A stretch of 63,990 nucleotides of DNA, counting the filler, from Catajapyx aquilonaris (taxonomy: Eukaryota): the NCBI GenBank assembly GCA_000934665.2. It is 3 parts of 3 records of this genome, joined end to end, with 100 filler letters (N's around TTAATTAATTAA, not from the genome) between each part and the next. Parts side by side here need not be neighbours in the genome. Positions count along the whole stretch, not along the records: positions 1 to 21,313 come from JYFJ02006085.1; 2 more parts are not named here. One strand, written 5' to 3'. Below, piece by piece: positions 1-12,400 of the stretch. The position numbers and the translations under genes were made by a program. How positions within the stretch are numbered: position 1 is the first letter of the stretch; each line of letters begins with the position of its first letter. Under the pieces are notes generated by a model, which was given only the letters and a program-made list of their open reading frames with translations, did not search any database and was not told where the DNA came from.

Positions 1-912
1 ACATTTACTGCACAACCTTCAATTTTTCATGACATACTTTTGCTGGATTTTGAAGGTGTATATTGTGTATTTTCTTACAATCCGACATCCGCAGTGCATT
101 GTTTTGACCTCATGCACATGCATGTTACAGGCTCCATGTTACAGGTATGCCAACATGGTATAGCCATAATTATTACAAAGGTAACTACCAAATCAATAAT
201 AAAGTAATATAAGTAATATAAGTTACTCCTATGGAAAAGTCTTTCATAACCCGAGCAACGCCGGGTATCCTGCTAGTAATACATATTTCTCGACGTATGT
301 CTTTCCTGTTATTCGCTAAGCAAATCCATACGGAGACCCCGACATATGCCCCAGGGGTATCACTAGGGGTAGTTTTTTACAGGGAAGGTTTTAAGCACAT
401 TGGAATTGACCTCCGAGGTCATCCTTGGCCACAGGCTTCAATTTTTCATTAAGGTGAAGTGGGGTAAGTGCATAAACTGGCCGCCATATTAGAATGAAAA
501 TGGCTGACATGCTCACCTCTTGTGGGGATGTGATGGGCAGCTACACAAAAGAGTGCCTGACGTGTTTTGGTGTCGTCAGCCATTTTCATTCCAATATGGC
601 GGCCCCGTGTATGCAATTGCCCCATGTATGCACTTGCCCCTTGTATGCACTTGCCCCGTGTATGCACTTACCCCACTTCACATTACATACTTTTGCTGGA
701 TTTTTAAGGCGTATTGTGTATTTTCTTACAATCTGACATCCGCAGTTTGGTGTTTGGACTTCATGCACATGCAATATGCTCCATGTTACAGGTATGCCAA
801 CATTGTATAGCCATGATTATTTCAAAGGTTACTACCAAATCAAAGACTTACACTGCTTACACCTACATGGAAAAGTATTTCATAACCCGAGCAACGCCGG
901 GTATCCTGCTAG
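1..912 (+). mobile_element. Head-to-tail non-autonomous Helitron-like elements (3' ends at 276 and 912)
   Basis: Two copies end in CCCGAGCAACGCCGGG (short hairpin)-tatcctg-CTAG|t. Segment 1-276 is repeated at about 680-912, and there are internal ~20-bp repeats (tgcacttgccccgtgta) at 600-675. Confidence 0.6.
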
Positions 913-1120
913 TATTAACATATTTGGTTCCACAGGTGTGCAGGAAAAAGAGAAAGTCAGCAGTTGCAGGTACTCTATGAAATGGAAAGCAATGTAAATT
1001 AAACACAGTTTGTTTGAGGAGCTAGCCTGATATTTACTGGACAAGAGAGCATTTCAGGTAGCCTCAGGAGGAGTCCAAGTCTTTGGTTCTCAAGTATTAA
1101 CGTCACACGATCTGTTGACA

Positions 1121-4100
1121 TCAGAATCTGCAAGAAACAATAAGGATCATTTTCTGAAAGTATGTAGCCTATACTTATCGAAAGACAACAACCTGGTATA
1201 ATTTACCTTCTACGCCTTTTGACGAAGTTCTTCCCTGGGGTCACAGTCCGATTCGTACCATGCACTTTGAAGTGCTGTCCGCAAGCATTGCACACTCGCT
1301 TGCCCTTGTTCCTCCGCCACATGGATGTGGTAGTTGTGTTGCAGTTGGAGCAGCGCAATGGAGACGCCTGAAACAATTTCAATATGCTATTCAGTTATTG
1401 AATAATGGGAGGTAACACGAGTGAAAAAAACATTTCACTATATCACGCCACTCTATGCAAAGGAGCCAATGCAGATGTCTCTATTGTCTAATCTACAGCG
1501 TCACAGCACCCAGAAACCTTTTCCATCTGGAAAAGTGACAGCAAGTTTGACAATGCTGTTGTCAACAAGGAACAAGAAGGGAAGTGACACTTTTCCAGAT
1601 GAAACCAATCCCCTGGTTGAATTCCCTGGCCTGTCTGGGATGCTTTGAAGCATCTGGGCCATACCGAGATTATTGCACAAGATTCTCGAGTGATTTTGCG
1701 ATGCATCTCATGTCTCTCTCTTCTGCCAGCGCTTCCAACTGATTTCCACGACACTTCTCTTCAACTATATCATATGTTGGGTTAGCTTGCATCTCCCTTC
1801 ATCACTGACTACCCCTCATAGGGAAATGTCGTGATGTTGTTGTTGTTGTTGTTGTTGTTCTCTTCAACTTACTGTACAATAAAATGCATCGGTTCACATT
1901 TTAAATTCAGCGTCAAAATTTAAATTTACTCCAGAAAGAAATCCAAGCAGTACGTATGAAGACTTATAAAAATGCAGATAAACAGTACTGCTCACAAGTA
2001 CTTGAGTGCTATATTACGCACGCAGTCAATGTCATCAGCAATCTTGATTCCTCATCCTACGTAGCTTATTTATTAGTGTGTTTGGTAATATTTGCTTACC
2101 TCTGTTTCACTATGCCTCCTTCCAGCAGAGTCCTGATTTGGTGGATTCATCTGACTCTTGGAGAGGAGGTGGGGTCGAATGTATCTGATCCAGTACCACA
2201 CTGTGGTGGTGCTGAGACAGAATTTCCTGGCAGTTGCTTCCAGGTTGTGACGACACGAGGAATCTCCAAACTCGAATGCGTCCAGCACCTTCCTCTTCAA
2301 GTCCATCGACTGGGAGAGGGACCCAGAGGGTTCCGCTTCCCTCTGGGGAGGCTGAACGGGAAGAGGAAAAAAACAGGTGTGGAGTTTGCAAGTATTACCC
2401 CATCCTGCACGTAACATTTTACAGCATGTTCAAACTGAATTCTTCATGGTGGTTAGCAATTTTTTTCATTACAAGCAGTAACCTGGGACTATGTACATTT
2501 AAATGTTATCAGAAATATTTGCTGCCAATGTCAGGTTGAATATGTACATTCCTTGTTAATATGGGAATCAGCATATTCCCCTCTCCCTTCACTGGCTAAT
2601 CTGATGAGTCACTTGCTTACCCTTGTTTCATCGCTTGTCCTTTTGTCAGCATCTCGTCTTGGTTTGTACCTTTGGCTGTGGGCTGGGGAGGCAAGGAGAT
2701 GGGGTCGAAACAGCTTCACCCAATTCCACGCAGTTCCATGTTTAATGCCAAACTTCCTCGCAATTGCCATCAGGTTGGGACGACGTGAGGAATAGCCAAA
2801 CTCGTAGGCATCCATCACTCTCTTCTTGAAATCCAGTGAGTAAAGTGACTTGCGTCCTCCCACTGAGCCTGGCTGCACAGACGGTGGAAGAGGCAGGGTG
2901 TGTAGCATGTCATAGGGCCAACAGTGTACCCACTGGCCCAAAACGTAGCTAAAATGCAGTGGCAAGAAATGCCGAGGGAGCCATCTTTGAGGAGGTAGAG
3001 ACGACATGAAACATTGCCTTGCCCCTAGACACATGCAGCAACACACACGACACCTCTTTGCAGGGAGATCCCCTGACAGCGTGTGTCTAGGGGCAGGCCA
3101 GTGCATCTGGTCATCTTGCTCGTTGCTGTTTGGTCGGGGAACATTTCTCACAACTGCTTTCTAACATGGTTTTGGGCCAGCAAGTATCCTGATGGTGGGA
3201 CAGGCAGCTAAGTGTTTATCGCAATGTCATTGTCTCATTTGGACCGTCACCTGAAGAGGGTCACTTTCACTTGTTCCTCCTTCCTGCAAACTCTGGTCTT
3301 ACCTTCTTTTTTGCCCCCGTCTTTTCTGCTCCATCGTCAGGCAATGGGGACTTGGATGCACGTTCCCCATCTGGCGGGAGGTCATCCATGTCATCCGAGT
3401 TGGCATCAACACCTCTCGTCTCCTTCTGGAACCAAACATCATTAACACCTGAACACTTTGAAAAGTTACAGGCGTAGCATTGTTTCTATAGCAACTTATC
3501 ATAATTCCTTTTTTTCCCCTTCCCCTTACTCTGACGGAAATAAAACAGCGAAAAGCAGTCCATAGACTTTTGGCATTTCAGCAAGTTCCAACAAGTGGTA
3601 ATAGGAAAAGTTATTTCCTTACCCTAATTTCATGACTTGTCCTTTCCCGAGAGGCTTGTGTTGGTTGGTGCACCTGACCCTTGGCTGAACGGGCAAGGAG
3701 ATGGGGCTGGAGACTCTTCACCCAATACCACACTCTTCCTGGCCTTAGGCCAAACTTCCTTGCAGTTGCAGCCACATTGTGACGACATGAGGAATCACCA
3801 AACTCGTAGGCCTCCAATACTTTTCTCTTGAAAAAAGGTGACGCACGGATTGGCAGTTCACCTGAGCTTGGCTGAAGATGAGGTGGAAAACAAACATTTC
3901 AGAACTCTCTGTCCAACACTGATCTCTTTCCCTCCAGTACTCAACCGATCTGCATATTTAGTAATTATTCCGACTGATCTTGAGTCCATCGTCCTCATTG
4001 CCTAATTATCTGATGAGGCTTACCTTTTTCCTATTCCCTAACATCTGATGAGCATCGTCCTTTGGTTGGCAGGCACAAAGGTGAGGTCGCATGGCTTTCA

Positions 4101-7100
4101 CCCATCGCCTCACAGCACTTTCCCGTATTCCAAACTTTCTTGCAGTTGCAGCCACATTGTGAAGGCATTTAGAATTGCCAAACTCGTATGCATCTAGCAC
4201 CGTTTCCTTGAAGGCCAGTGAGTAGATGCATGGATTACGGGTTGTCCCTCTCCCTGAGGTCGGCTGCGACAGAAATAAAGTTTATTAATTAAAATCCTAC
4301 CTCACTTGTCACACTAACATCACTGATCAAGTTTATTTTTTGCAATTTATTCCTGTTCATTTTATGATGTAAAAAAAAGTCTTTCGAACAATCATGAAAC
4401 ATGGGTTTCTGAACCCATAAAGTTTTCATCTTATTTGCAGCATAAGCATGTCCAATCGCACAGTAATGCAGGCCTTCCATCAAAACCATTCACGCAATTT
4501 TTATTATTATTTATTTTTATATATTATTTATTTATGATATCCAGTGATAGGGCAGAGGGGGTACAGCTCTGGGTCCCAAAAAAACAAACAGTACTTTTAC
4601 CAGTATAATTATAGTATCAAGGACACGTAAATGATTGAAATGCTTGGTCACTGATTTAAGGTACATTTACCTGGGAGCGATTTGATCATGCGATGCCATC
4701 GCCGAGGGATAACATCGCTGTGTAACCCAAGTTCGAGGCGAAAATAGACTGCTACTTTCACCACAAACAATATTGCTTACTTGGGTTACTCAGTGATGTT
4801 ATCACTTGGCGATGACATCGCATGATCAAATCGCTCCCAGGTAAAGGCACCTTTAATTTCACAGGAGTAACATTCGAAGCCCTTTTTCTCAAAACTCTTC
4901 TCATGTGGGTTGACCCATTATTTCATATTGCCAGTTCATGAACTTGGCATTTCAGCAAGCCCCAACAAATGTATGGTAACAAGAAAAATAAATTCCTTTA
5001 CTCTCATCTGATTCTGGGCCGAATGACCAATGAGACGGGGAAGGAGAAACTTGACCCAATACATCACTGTTGCTTCTGGTAAGCCAAACTTTCTTGCAGT
5101 TGCACTTGGATTGTGACGACATGTGGAATCGCCAAACTCGTAGGCTTCCAACACTTTCTTCTTGAAATCCAGGGAGTAAAGACGTGACGTGCGGATTGCC
5201 AGTTTGCCTGAGTGTGGCTGCAAAAGAGATGGAAAACAAACATTTCAGAGCATAACTTTATAATTGATATATTTAAGGAGGTTGGCCCAGCATTGCCTTT
5301 CAACCTCCAAGGATAGGGAAGGAAGGAAGCGGCTGTGGCCTATTATACGGAAGCGACCCCGGAATTATCCTAGAAAGACCGTGGAACACCACAGAAAACC
5401 ACAGTCAGGGTTGCCGGCCCCGGGATTCGAACCTAGGACCTCCCGATTAGCAGTCGGACGCCCTATCCACTATGCCAACCTGCTTCGGTTCAGAGCATAA
5501 CTGTCTGTCCAACATTGATCCCTCTCTTTCAAGGACTCAAGCATACAGCTGATTTAGTAATTATTCTGGGTGACGTTGAGTCCTCATCCTCTTTGCTTAA
5601 CCCTCGGATGGTGACGTGGGCACTTTTTGTGACCAACGACCTTTTTTTTGCTATAACTTGGCAAATTTAGGACATTCGAGATTCATCTTTGAGAACATTT
5701 TCGTTTGACTATTTATGTGATGAATTACGTTTAGTTTAAATTTTTTGAGCAAATAGCACGACCAGAAAAAAATAAATTAGGTGGCAATGCGTAGATGGGG
5801 CCTAACCAAGATCCGGTCTGGCGGCTCCCGGTGGCATCCCAGGCCGCCAAGGGGTGGAATCCCCCTACCCCCGGGAGTTGGCCCCGACTGATTTTCTTTC
5901 CGATTTTTTTCTGATCGCATTATTTTCTAAAAAAATGTAAACTTAACGCTATTTGTCGTAGAAGGAATCACACTATGATTGTCTCAAAAGTGAAGCCCGA
6001 ATGTGCTATATTTCGCCAGATATAACAAAAAATATGGCTTGGTCACAAAAAGTGCCCATGTCACCGGAGAGCGAACATTTCGCACGTCACCGTCTGAGGG
6101 TTAATAATAATCTGATGAGGCTTATTACCTCTGTCCCATTGCTTGACGTCTGATGAGCATCTTCCTTTGGTTGGCAGGCGAGGAGGTGAGGTCGCATGGC
6201 TTTCACCCAATACCTCACAGCACATGCGCTTATTCCAAACTTCCTTGCAGTTGCAGTTGCATTGTGACGACATTTGGAACTGTCAAACTCGTAGACATTG
6301 AGCACCATTTCCTTGAAGGCCGGTGAATGGCGGGTTGTCCCTTTCCCAGGCGTCGGCTGCAATGGATATTTAAAAGTAGATGACATCTGACAACCTCAGT
6401 TATCAAGTTAATGTCACTGCTCAAGATAGGCCTGATGCATAGTGTTTTTTTTTCCATAATTTCTTCCTGTTCATGACAGAAAACAAGAATTACCATTGGT
6501 TTTGGTCCCTTGCCCTTTGCACTGGATGTCTCGAGGTCCTCACTTTCTCCCTGACTCTGTTCCAGCAACTTAACCCGAGCAACTAGTGTTGATCTCCTTG
6601 CTGTCGATAGCACCTCCACCTAAACAAGAGGGGATTTTACTCAAATTTGCAAGGGCAATTGCAACTGTGGAATCATCACTAATCACTCTTGCTGATTTGT
6701 GTTCTTACATTTTGCGACCTGAGATCTGAAACATCCCGAGACGTTGTTGAATTTCTTGTGCTGCACTCATCTTGTTGGACTCCCATCTGAAAAGTGAAGG
6801 GTTTTAAAAAGTTGTCTCTTGCTGCAAACTTTCCTTTCCACCTTTCTTTGCGTCCTCTTCTGGCCTGCTCCCTTGTTGGGAATGGGGTGTTTGGGGGCAG
6901 GTTTCACACGCACTGGGACTTCACCTCTGTCGTCCAAGTCAGAGTCGCTGTGGCACGTCTCTTCCTGGAAACAGGCAACAATAATGTGAGGCGTTCAAAA
7001 AAAAAAAATTGCGATTCATCTTTACAACCACTTTTCTTCTTTGAGAAATACTTATCTAACTGTACGACACATTGTAAAAGGTGTTGAGCTTTCTCATGGA

Positions 7101-8110
7101 AAACATCAAGATGCAATTGAAAGTACGCGAGATATGATTATTTTGTAACCTAAGAAACCAATACACTACATGTCTATGCAGAGCCATTCCGTGAAGCACC
7201 TTGTTTCCCAACAAAGGATTCATGATAATAAAGACAGTGACATTGAAAATTGCATCCTGGGACCAAACAAAGATTTCGTGACTGTCAAATTACTGTTGCA
7301 TGCACGTTTCTTAAGTGTTCATGACAGAAAGTACTTTGGGCCATTCCAACCACACACAGAAGATGTCTGTCTCATCTGATGTGCTCCCCCAGCACCCTTT
7401 GTTGCAACACGCTTTACGTCTGACGAAATCTTTCGAATGATGCACATCCATCTGAATATTGCAAAAATGTGTAAAATACTTTGCAAATAAAGGTCGCTGA
7501 TGAATAAATAGGACCAATGCCATGACTGACTGTTTTTTTTTTCACACTTACATTTTGCAAATCCTGGAGTTCCGAGGAATCCTGCAGTAGACTAGCTCCA
7601 GCACCGTAGGTGAGTCCCACCTGGAAGGAAGTGTCCATTAATATTGAGCAGTGCGTGAGGACAGACGTGGCCTGTGACCCCTCTGCCTCCATCCCAGTCA
7701 GAGTGGCGTGGACCATCGAAGGACTTGGGTCCCTGCCATTAACCGCCCCATACCTGATCCTCCTGTGCCCTGTTCCGTCCAGGCCAGCCGTCAATGGAAA
7801 TGAATTCGAACGAAGGTTCTTCTGGCAGGTCGCCATTCCCACCGACCAGGTTGGACTCTTCTTCCTCCTTCAGGTGTGACTGATCCTCTCCTTCATTTGG
7901 TCTCTCCTCCTCCTTGACCATTGTTACGACGCTCCATTCTTCCTCCTCTGGCTTCACCTTGACCTCATCTGAAGGCCCATGCGTGAACTGGTGGCACAGC
8001 AGCTGCAGCCTGGTCCTGAAGGTGGTGTCCAGGCAGTACACGCACCTGAACTCCCCTTCTTCGGTGGCCATTCTGATTATTGGGCCATGCTGCGGCTGGG
8101 GGAAGCTCAT
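1121..8110 (-). CDS. Gene A: C2H2 finger + 6 Brinker-type HTH DNA-binding domains + C-terminal GATA-type zinc finger (13 coding exons, ~803 aa)
   Basis: Manual GT-AG splicing gives an open frame. Exons: 7754-8110 (FRCVYCLDTTFRTRLQLLCHQFTH), 6842-6964, 6709-6786, 6494-6619, Brk 6129-6356, Brk 5002-5217, Brk 4024-4263, Brk 3623-3871, acidic spacer 3303-3425, Brk 2621-2872, Brk 2100-2351, GATA 1207-1367, terminal 1121-1127 (TGA). The repeat consensus YSLDFKKKVLDAYE..C RHN..ATARKFG....V..W resembles the Brinker DBD (FTPHFKLQVLESY..CKGNQRATARKYNIHRRQIQKW). The exon 1 donor is uncertain (alternative near 7621). Confidence 0.8.
1207..1367 (-). CDS. GATA-type zinc-finger exon of gene A
   Basis: Translates as ASPLRCSNCNTTTTSMWRRNKGKRVCNACGQHFKVHGTNRTVTPGKNFVKRRR. 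It has a cag acceptor at 1370-1368 and a gt donor at 1206-1205, and resembles the GATA C-finger (CSNC.TTTT.LWRRN..G..VCNACGLYYKLH..NRP). Confidence 0.88.
2960..3210 (-). mobile_element. Degenerate piggyBac-like transposase C-terminal Cys-rich fragment in an intron of gene A
   Basis: Reads HWPAPRHTLSGDLPAKRCRVCC..C....CF, similar to the HWP...KRCRVC motif of PGBD proteins. It is absent from the homologous introns of gene B. Confidence 0.35.
4659..4852. mobile_element. PIF/Harbinger-type MITE
   Basis: Long imperfect TIRs (AGGTACATTTACCTGGGAGCGATTTGATCATGCGATG...) with a TTA target duplication on both sides. Confidence 0.75.
5258..5488 (-). mobile_element. tRNA-derived SINE with 14-bp TSD
   Basis: A box TGGCATAGTGG and B box GGTTCGAATCC on the minus strand. 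TSD TTCAGAGCATAACT at 5244-5257 and 5489-5502. A related copy lies at about 42865-43036. Confidence 0.85.
5601..6100. mobile_element. piggyBac-type MITE (500 bp)
   Basis: TTAA on both flanks; TIR CCCTCGGATGGTGACGTG / CACGTCACCGTCTGAGGG; asymmetric subterminal inverted repeat (GGGCACTTTTTGTGACCAA). The paralogous site near 4000 is empty. Confidence 0.85.
7200..7380 (+). mobile_element. Possible decayed pogo/Tigger DDE fragment
   Basis: HDNKDSD...VKLLLHARFLSVHDRKYFGPFQ weakly recalls LDNHSSH...LPPHTSH.LQPLD..VFGPFK. Confidence 0.25.
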
Positions 8111-8307
8111 CTCCTCTGCAGGTTTCCTGTGCACATGACAACAATGTAATTCTGGTGCACACGAGGCAGGCAGTACTGTTGGCTTCACACTCACCTCTAT
8201 AGGAAGAAGACGCCAGACGGCAGAGAAAAGGACTCAGGGAAAAGGCGGAGGAGATAATAACCCAAAGGAGATAACAAAGAGACGCTTGACGTTCCATGAA
8301 GAGATCG

Positions 8308-8315
8308 TATCGATA
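8308..8315. promoter_or_regulatory. DRE motif (TATCGATA) in the putative promoter of gene A
   Basis: Perfect palindrome upstream of the 5' UTR exon, conserved in context (gagatcgTATCGATA) with the gene B promoter. Confidence 0.55.
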
Positions 8316-9276
8316 CGTACCTACCCAGCAATCGCCCATCTCCAGATCCCGCCAAAATTATACCGATAGTTCGTCCATCGATATCTGTCAGAATAGAATT
8401 CGCGAATATTCGAACCACTCGATTCGAACTGGTCACTTCCAAGCAGACGTGTTTCTCCAACGACTTTTAGAACAGCCTCTTAATAGTTAACTGGTGTTCA
8501 AGAGGCACCAAGAGAGGCACTCATACAAACTGACAAACAGCTGTTCATATACCAGCTAGTTGATGTACACACGATGGCAGCTTCTCCCCCATTCAAAATC
8601 ACAAACAGAGACTCATCTCCATCCCACAAAACCCAGGAAGAGACTCCTCTGCCCCTCACCTTATCCGCCACACTCGGCACCCAATCCCCACTGCCGTCAT
8701 TCAGGTCACCACTATCGGAGAATACTCTTCCGTGCAATCCACTCGATGTTCCATTTGATGAATTTCTGCACAAGTCGTCCGTAAAGCACGGGATGATGAC
8801 AGTTGGCTTTTGGGACGAACCTAACCGCTAACGCGTTGGAGGGATTCAGCAGTTGTAAACACAGTTTGTTTCCAGAGCAAGCCTGATATTTACTGGCTAT
8901 GAGATCATTCCAGCACCTTCAGGAAGCAGTCTTTTGTTCTCACAATTAACATCACATGATCCATATAAAGTGTATACAAAGCCACGAACAATAATGGCAT
9001 TAACATTACACCATAAGCCCTCAACTCCAATGAGAGTCAGTAGCACAGGTCCCTTGTCTTCTCAAGTCCCACCAGGTAAACATATGGCGTGTTAAGCGCT
9101 ACTGGGAAGTTATACATGACAAGAGTTCCACAACTAAGAGATCTATATCTCATCAAGAACCTATTCACCTGCAGTCTTGATGTAATGTCCTTGTCAAAAC
9201 CTGCAAGTAACAACAAGGATAACTGCTGAAAACATCACATTCACCGAAAGACAACTATCATTACCATTACCTTCTA

Positions 9277-9432
9277 CTACTTTTTGACACCCTTCTTTCG
9301 TTGGATCACAGTCCGATTAGTCCCAGATCGTATCACGTGCTGTCTGCAAGCATTGCACAGTCGCTTGCCGTTGTTCCATCGCCAGCGTGATGTGGTACTT
9401 GTGTTGCAGTTGGAGCATCGCAATGGAGGCAA
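9277..9432 (-). CDS. GATA-type zinc-finger exon of gene B
   Basis: Translates as LPPLRCSNCNTSTTSRWRWNNGKRLCNACRQHVIRSGTNRTVIQRKKGVKK*, with a phase-0 cag acceptor. Confidence 0.85.
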   Translation of the reverse strand: MPPLRCSNCNTSTTSRWRWNNGKRLCNACRQHVIRSGTNRTVIQRKKGVKK

Positions 9433-12400
9433 CTGAGACATTTGAAACGCCTTAGTACCTTGTATTTAAATGTGAGATAACATCTGGATCATGCAGTAGA
9501 GTAATATAGCCATTGGTCTCGAACCCTCACCCTAAACAGGTTATTATTATTATTAGTGTCTTCGGTAATTTCCTCACCTTTGTTCCGTCATTCTTCCTCT
9601 CAGCAGAGTTTTTATTTCGTGGCTTCAGCACCTTCTTCTTCAAATCCACCTTCCGAGCAGGCTGCACAGGAAGGGAAACAAAAATAATTTAAATATCACC
9701 CAAGTTTGCAGTTTGAAAGTACTCAAGTATACCTCTGCATATGTAATAATTTTAAAGCATGTGCAATGCAAATGTCTTAGAAAATTTTTAGCATCATCAA
9801 CAGTAACAGTGGACATTTCTACATTTATGCGATCAGAAACATTAGCTGCATGAGTTTGGTTGAATAAGTTGTCTGGAGGCTTTTCCAGCCACTGGGTAGT
9901 CAGATGAATCACTTTCTTACGCTTGTGCTTTCATCAGAGTCTAGTTGCGGTTGCGTCTGGCTTGGGGAGGCGTCAAGGAGGTGGGGTCGGAGGTCACTCA
10001 TCCAATACCACACCGTCCCTTTATTCAAGCCAAACTTCTCTGCAGTCCTGGTCAGTTGGTGACGATATTTGGAATGACCGAACTCGTAGGCATCCAGAAC
10101 TTCCTTCTTGAAATCCAGCGAGTAAAGTGACTTCCGCCCTTTCCCTTTCCTTGAGATTGGCTGCAGAGTTGGTGGAAAACAAACCTATTAGATCACAATT
10201 GTCAATTCAATCACTCTTTTCTTTCAAGTCGCTTACTGAAGCCTGGGAATTTAATTTTCCCCTCCTATCCCTGACCAATCTGATGAATCATTTGCTTACC
10301 CTTGTTTTGTTACTTGTGCTTTCATCAGCATCTCGTCTTGGTTGGTGCATCTGGCTTTGGGCTGGGGAGGCTTCAAGGAGATGGGGTCGGAGGGCCTTCA
10401 ACCAATACCACACCATCCCTTTGTTTAAGCCAAACTCCTCTGCAGTTCTGGTCAGTTGGTGACGATATGAGGGATCACCGAACTCGTAGGCATCCAGAAC
10501 TTCCTTCTTGAAATCCAGTGAGTAAAGTGACTTCCGTCCCGTCCCTCCCCTCCCTTTCCTTGAGATTGGCTGCAGAGTTGGAAAACAAACGTATTAAGAT
10601 CATAACTGTCGATGAAAGCTGAACACTCCGGTTCTACCATCTTTCTTGTTCCCTTCTGATTTGCTCCTTCAGCAGGCAAATTGGACTTGGATGATGGTTT
10701 CCCATCTGGACGGAGGTCATCTCTGTCACCCAAGTCGGTATTAACACCTCTCGTCTTCTTCTGGAACCAAGCACATACAAAATTTTAACGAGATGGATAT
10801 TATGACACAGGGGAAAAAAATGTCCTACAGTGGTAATAGGAAAATTTATTTCCTTACCCTCGTGTCAAGACTTGTCCTTTCATGAGTGTATTTCTTTGGT
10901 TGGTTCACCTGACTCGGGACTGAACAAGCAAGATGGGGTTGGAGGTCTTTCACCCAATTCCTCAGAGCGCATGTGCTTACTCCAAACTTCTTTGCAGTCG
11001 CATGGAAGCTGTGACGATATGAGGAATCACCATATTCGTATGCATCCAGCACCTTTTTCTTGAAATCCAGTGAGTAAAGTGACTGACGTCCTCTCCCTTC
11101 CCTTGAGATCGACTGCACAGATGGTGGCAAAGAAACATATTAGATCATAAACTGTCAATGAAATACTCTGGTTTTACCTTCTTTCGGGCTCCCTCATTCG
11201 ATAATGTGGCATTTGCTGCTGGTTCCCCATCTGGAGGGAGGTCATCTTCATCACCCGAGCTGGCATTAACACCACTCGTCTCCTTCTGGAAACAAACATC
11301 AACAACTCATGAGGACTTTCACAATTAATTCACAGCTGGAGCAGGGTTTCAAGCATGCTACATGCAGCCTTATAAAGTCAGCCAGGAGGGATACATGTCC
11401 AACCCTTACCAAATATTCTCTCTCTAAAAATTGCCATCAGGACTCATCAGTGGCTTATTCATGTTGTGGTGAAACATTACAGTGGTATATAATAGGAAAA
11501 GTTATTTCCTTACCCTAATGTCATGACTTGTCCTTTCATGAGCTTCTTTCCTTGGTTGGTCCACGACCTGACTCTGGACTGATTGAGCAAGATGGGGTTG
11601 GGGGTCATTCACCCAACCCCACAACGTCCTTCTGTTTAAGCCAAACTTCTCTGCAGTTCTGGTCAGGTTGTATCGACATTTGGAATGACCATATTTATAT
11701 GCGCCCATCACTTTCTTCTTGAAATCCAGCGAGTAATGTGACTTGCGTCCTGTCCCTTCTCTTGGGATTGGCTGCAGAGTTGGTAGAAAACAAACGTATT
11801 AGATCATAACTGTCAATGAAATCGGAAATCTCCAGTTTTACCTTCTTTCTTGTTCCCTTCCGTTTTGCTCCCTCGGCAGGCAAAGTGGACTTGGATGCTG
11901 GTTCCCCACCTGGAGAGAAGTCATCTTCGTCATCCGAGTTGGCATTAACACCTCTCGTCTCCTTCTGGAAACAAGCATCAATAACACATGAGGACTTTGA
12001 AAAGTAATTTACAGCTGCATGATAATGATTTCAATAACAACATATCAGAATCCTTTTCCCCCTTAACCCTTTGACGGCAGAGGTTTTTGGCTCCTTTTTC
12101 CTTTTCTTCATGAAAATTTGTGGTAGGAGTGATGAAAAACAATATGCTCCAATATTGATCATATTAACTGGTGGTGGTCCTTTTGAATGTAAAATGCCGA
12201 AAGGATTCATGTTCCAGAAAAATTATTAAAGTGCAATTAATTTAAATTTTTCAAGTCCCTATAAAACTGTGACCATGGTTACATAACACTAAAACACTGT
12301 ACTATCAGAAACTCCACAGAGTCCAGACTTACGGCACACCCTGTTCTGACTCCGCGGGAGGGGGTACGTTTAGCTCACGCTGGGAGGCATACGCCATGGG

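Noticed and set aside
5400..5488. tRNA gene (also at about 41440, 43000 and 58150)
   Set aside because: A/B boxes are present, but they continue into repeated SINE bodies (with a TSD at 5244/5489) and I could not form a proper acceptor stem.
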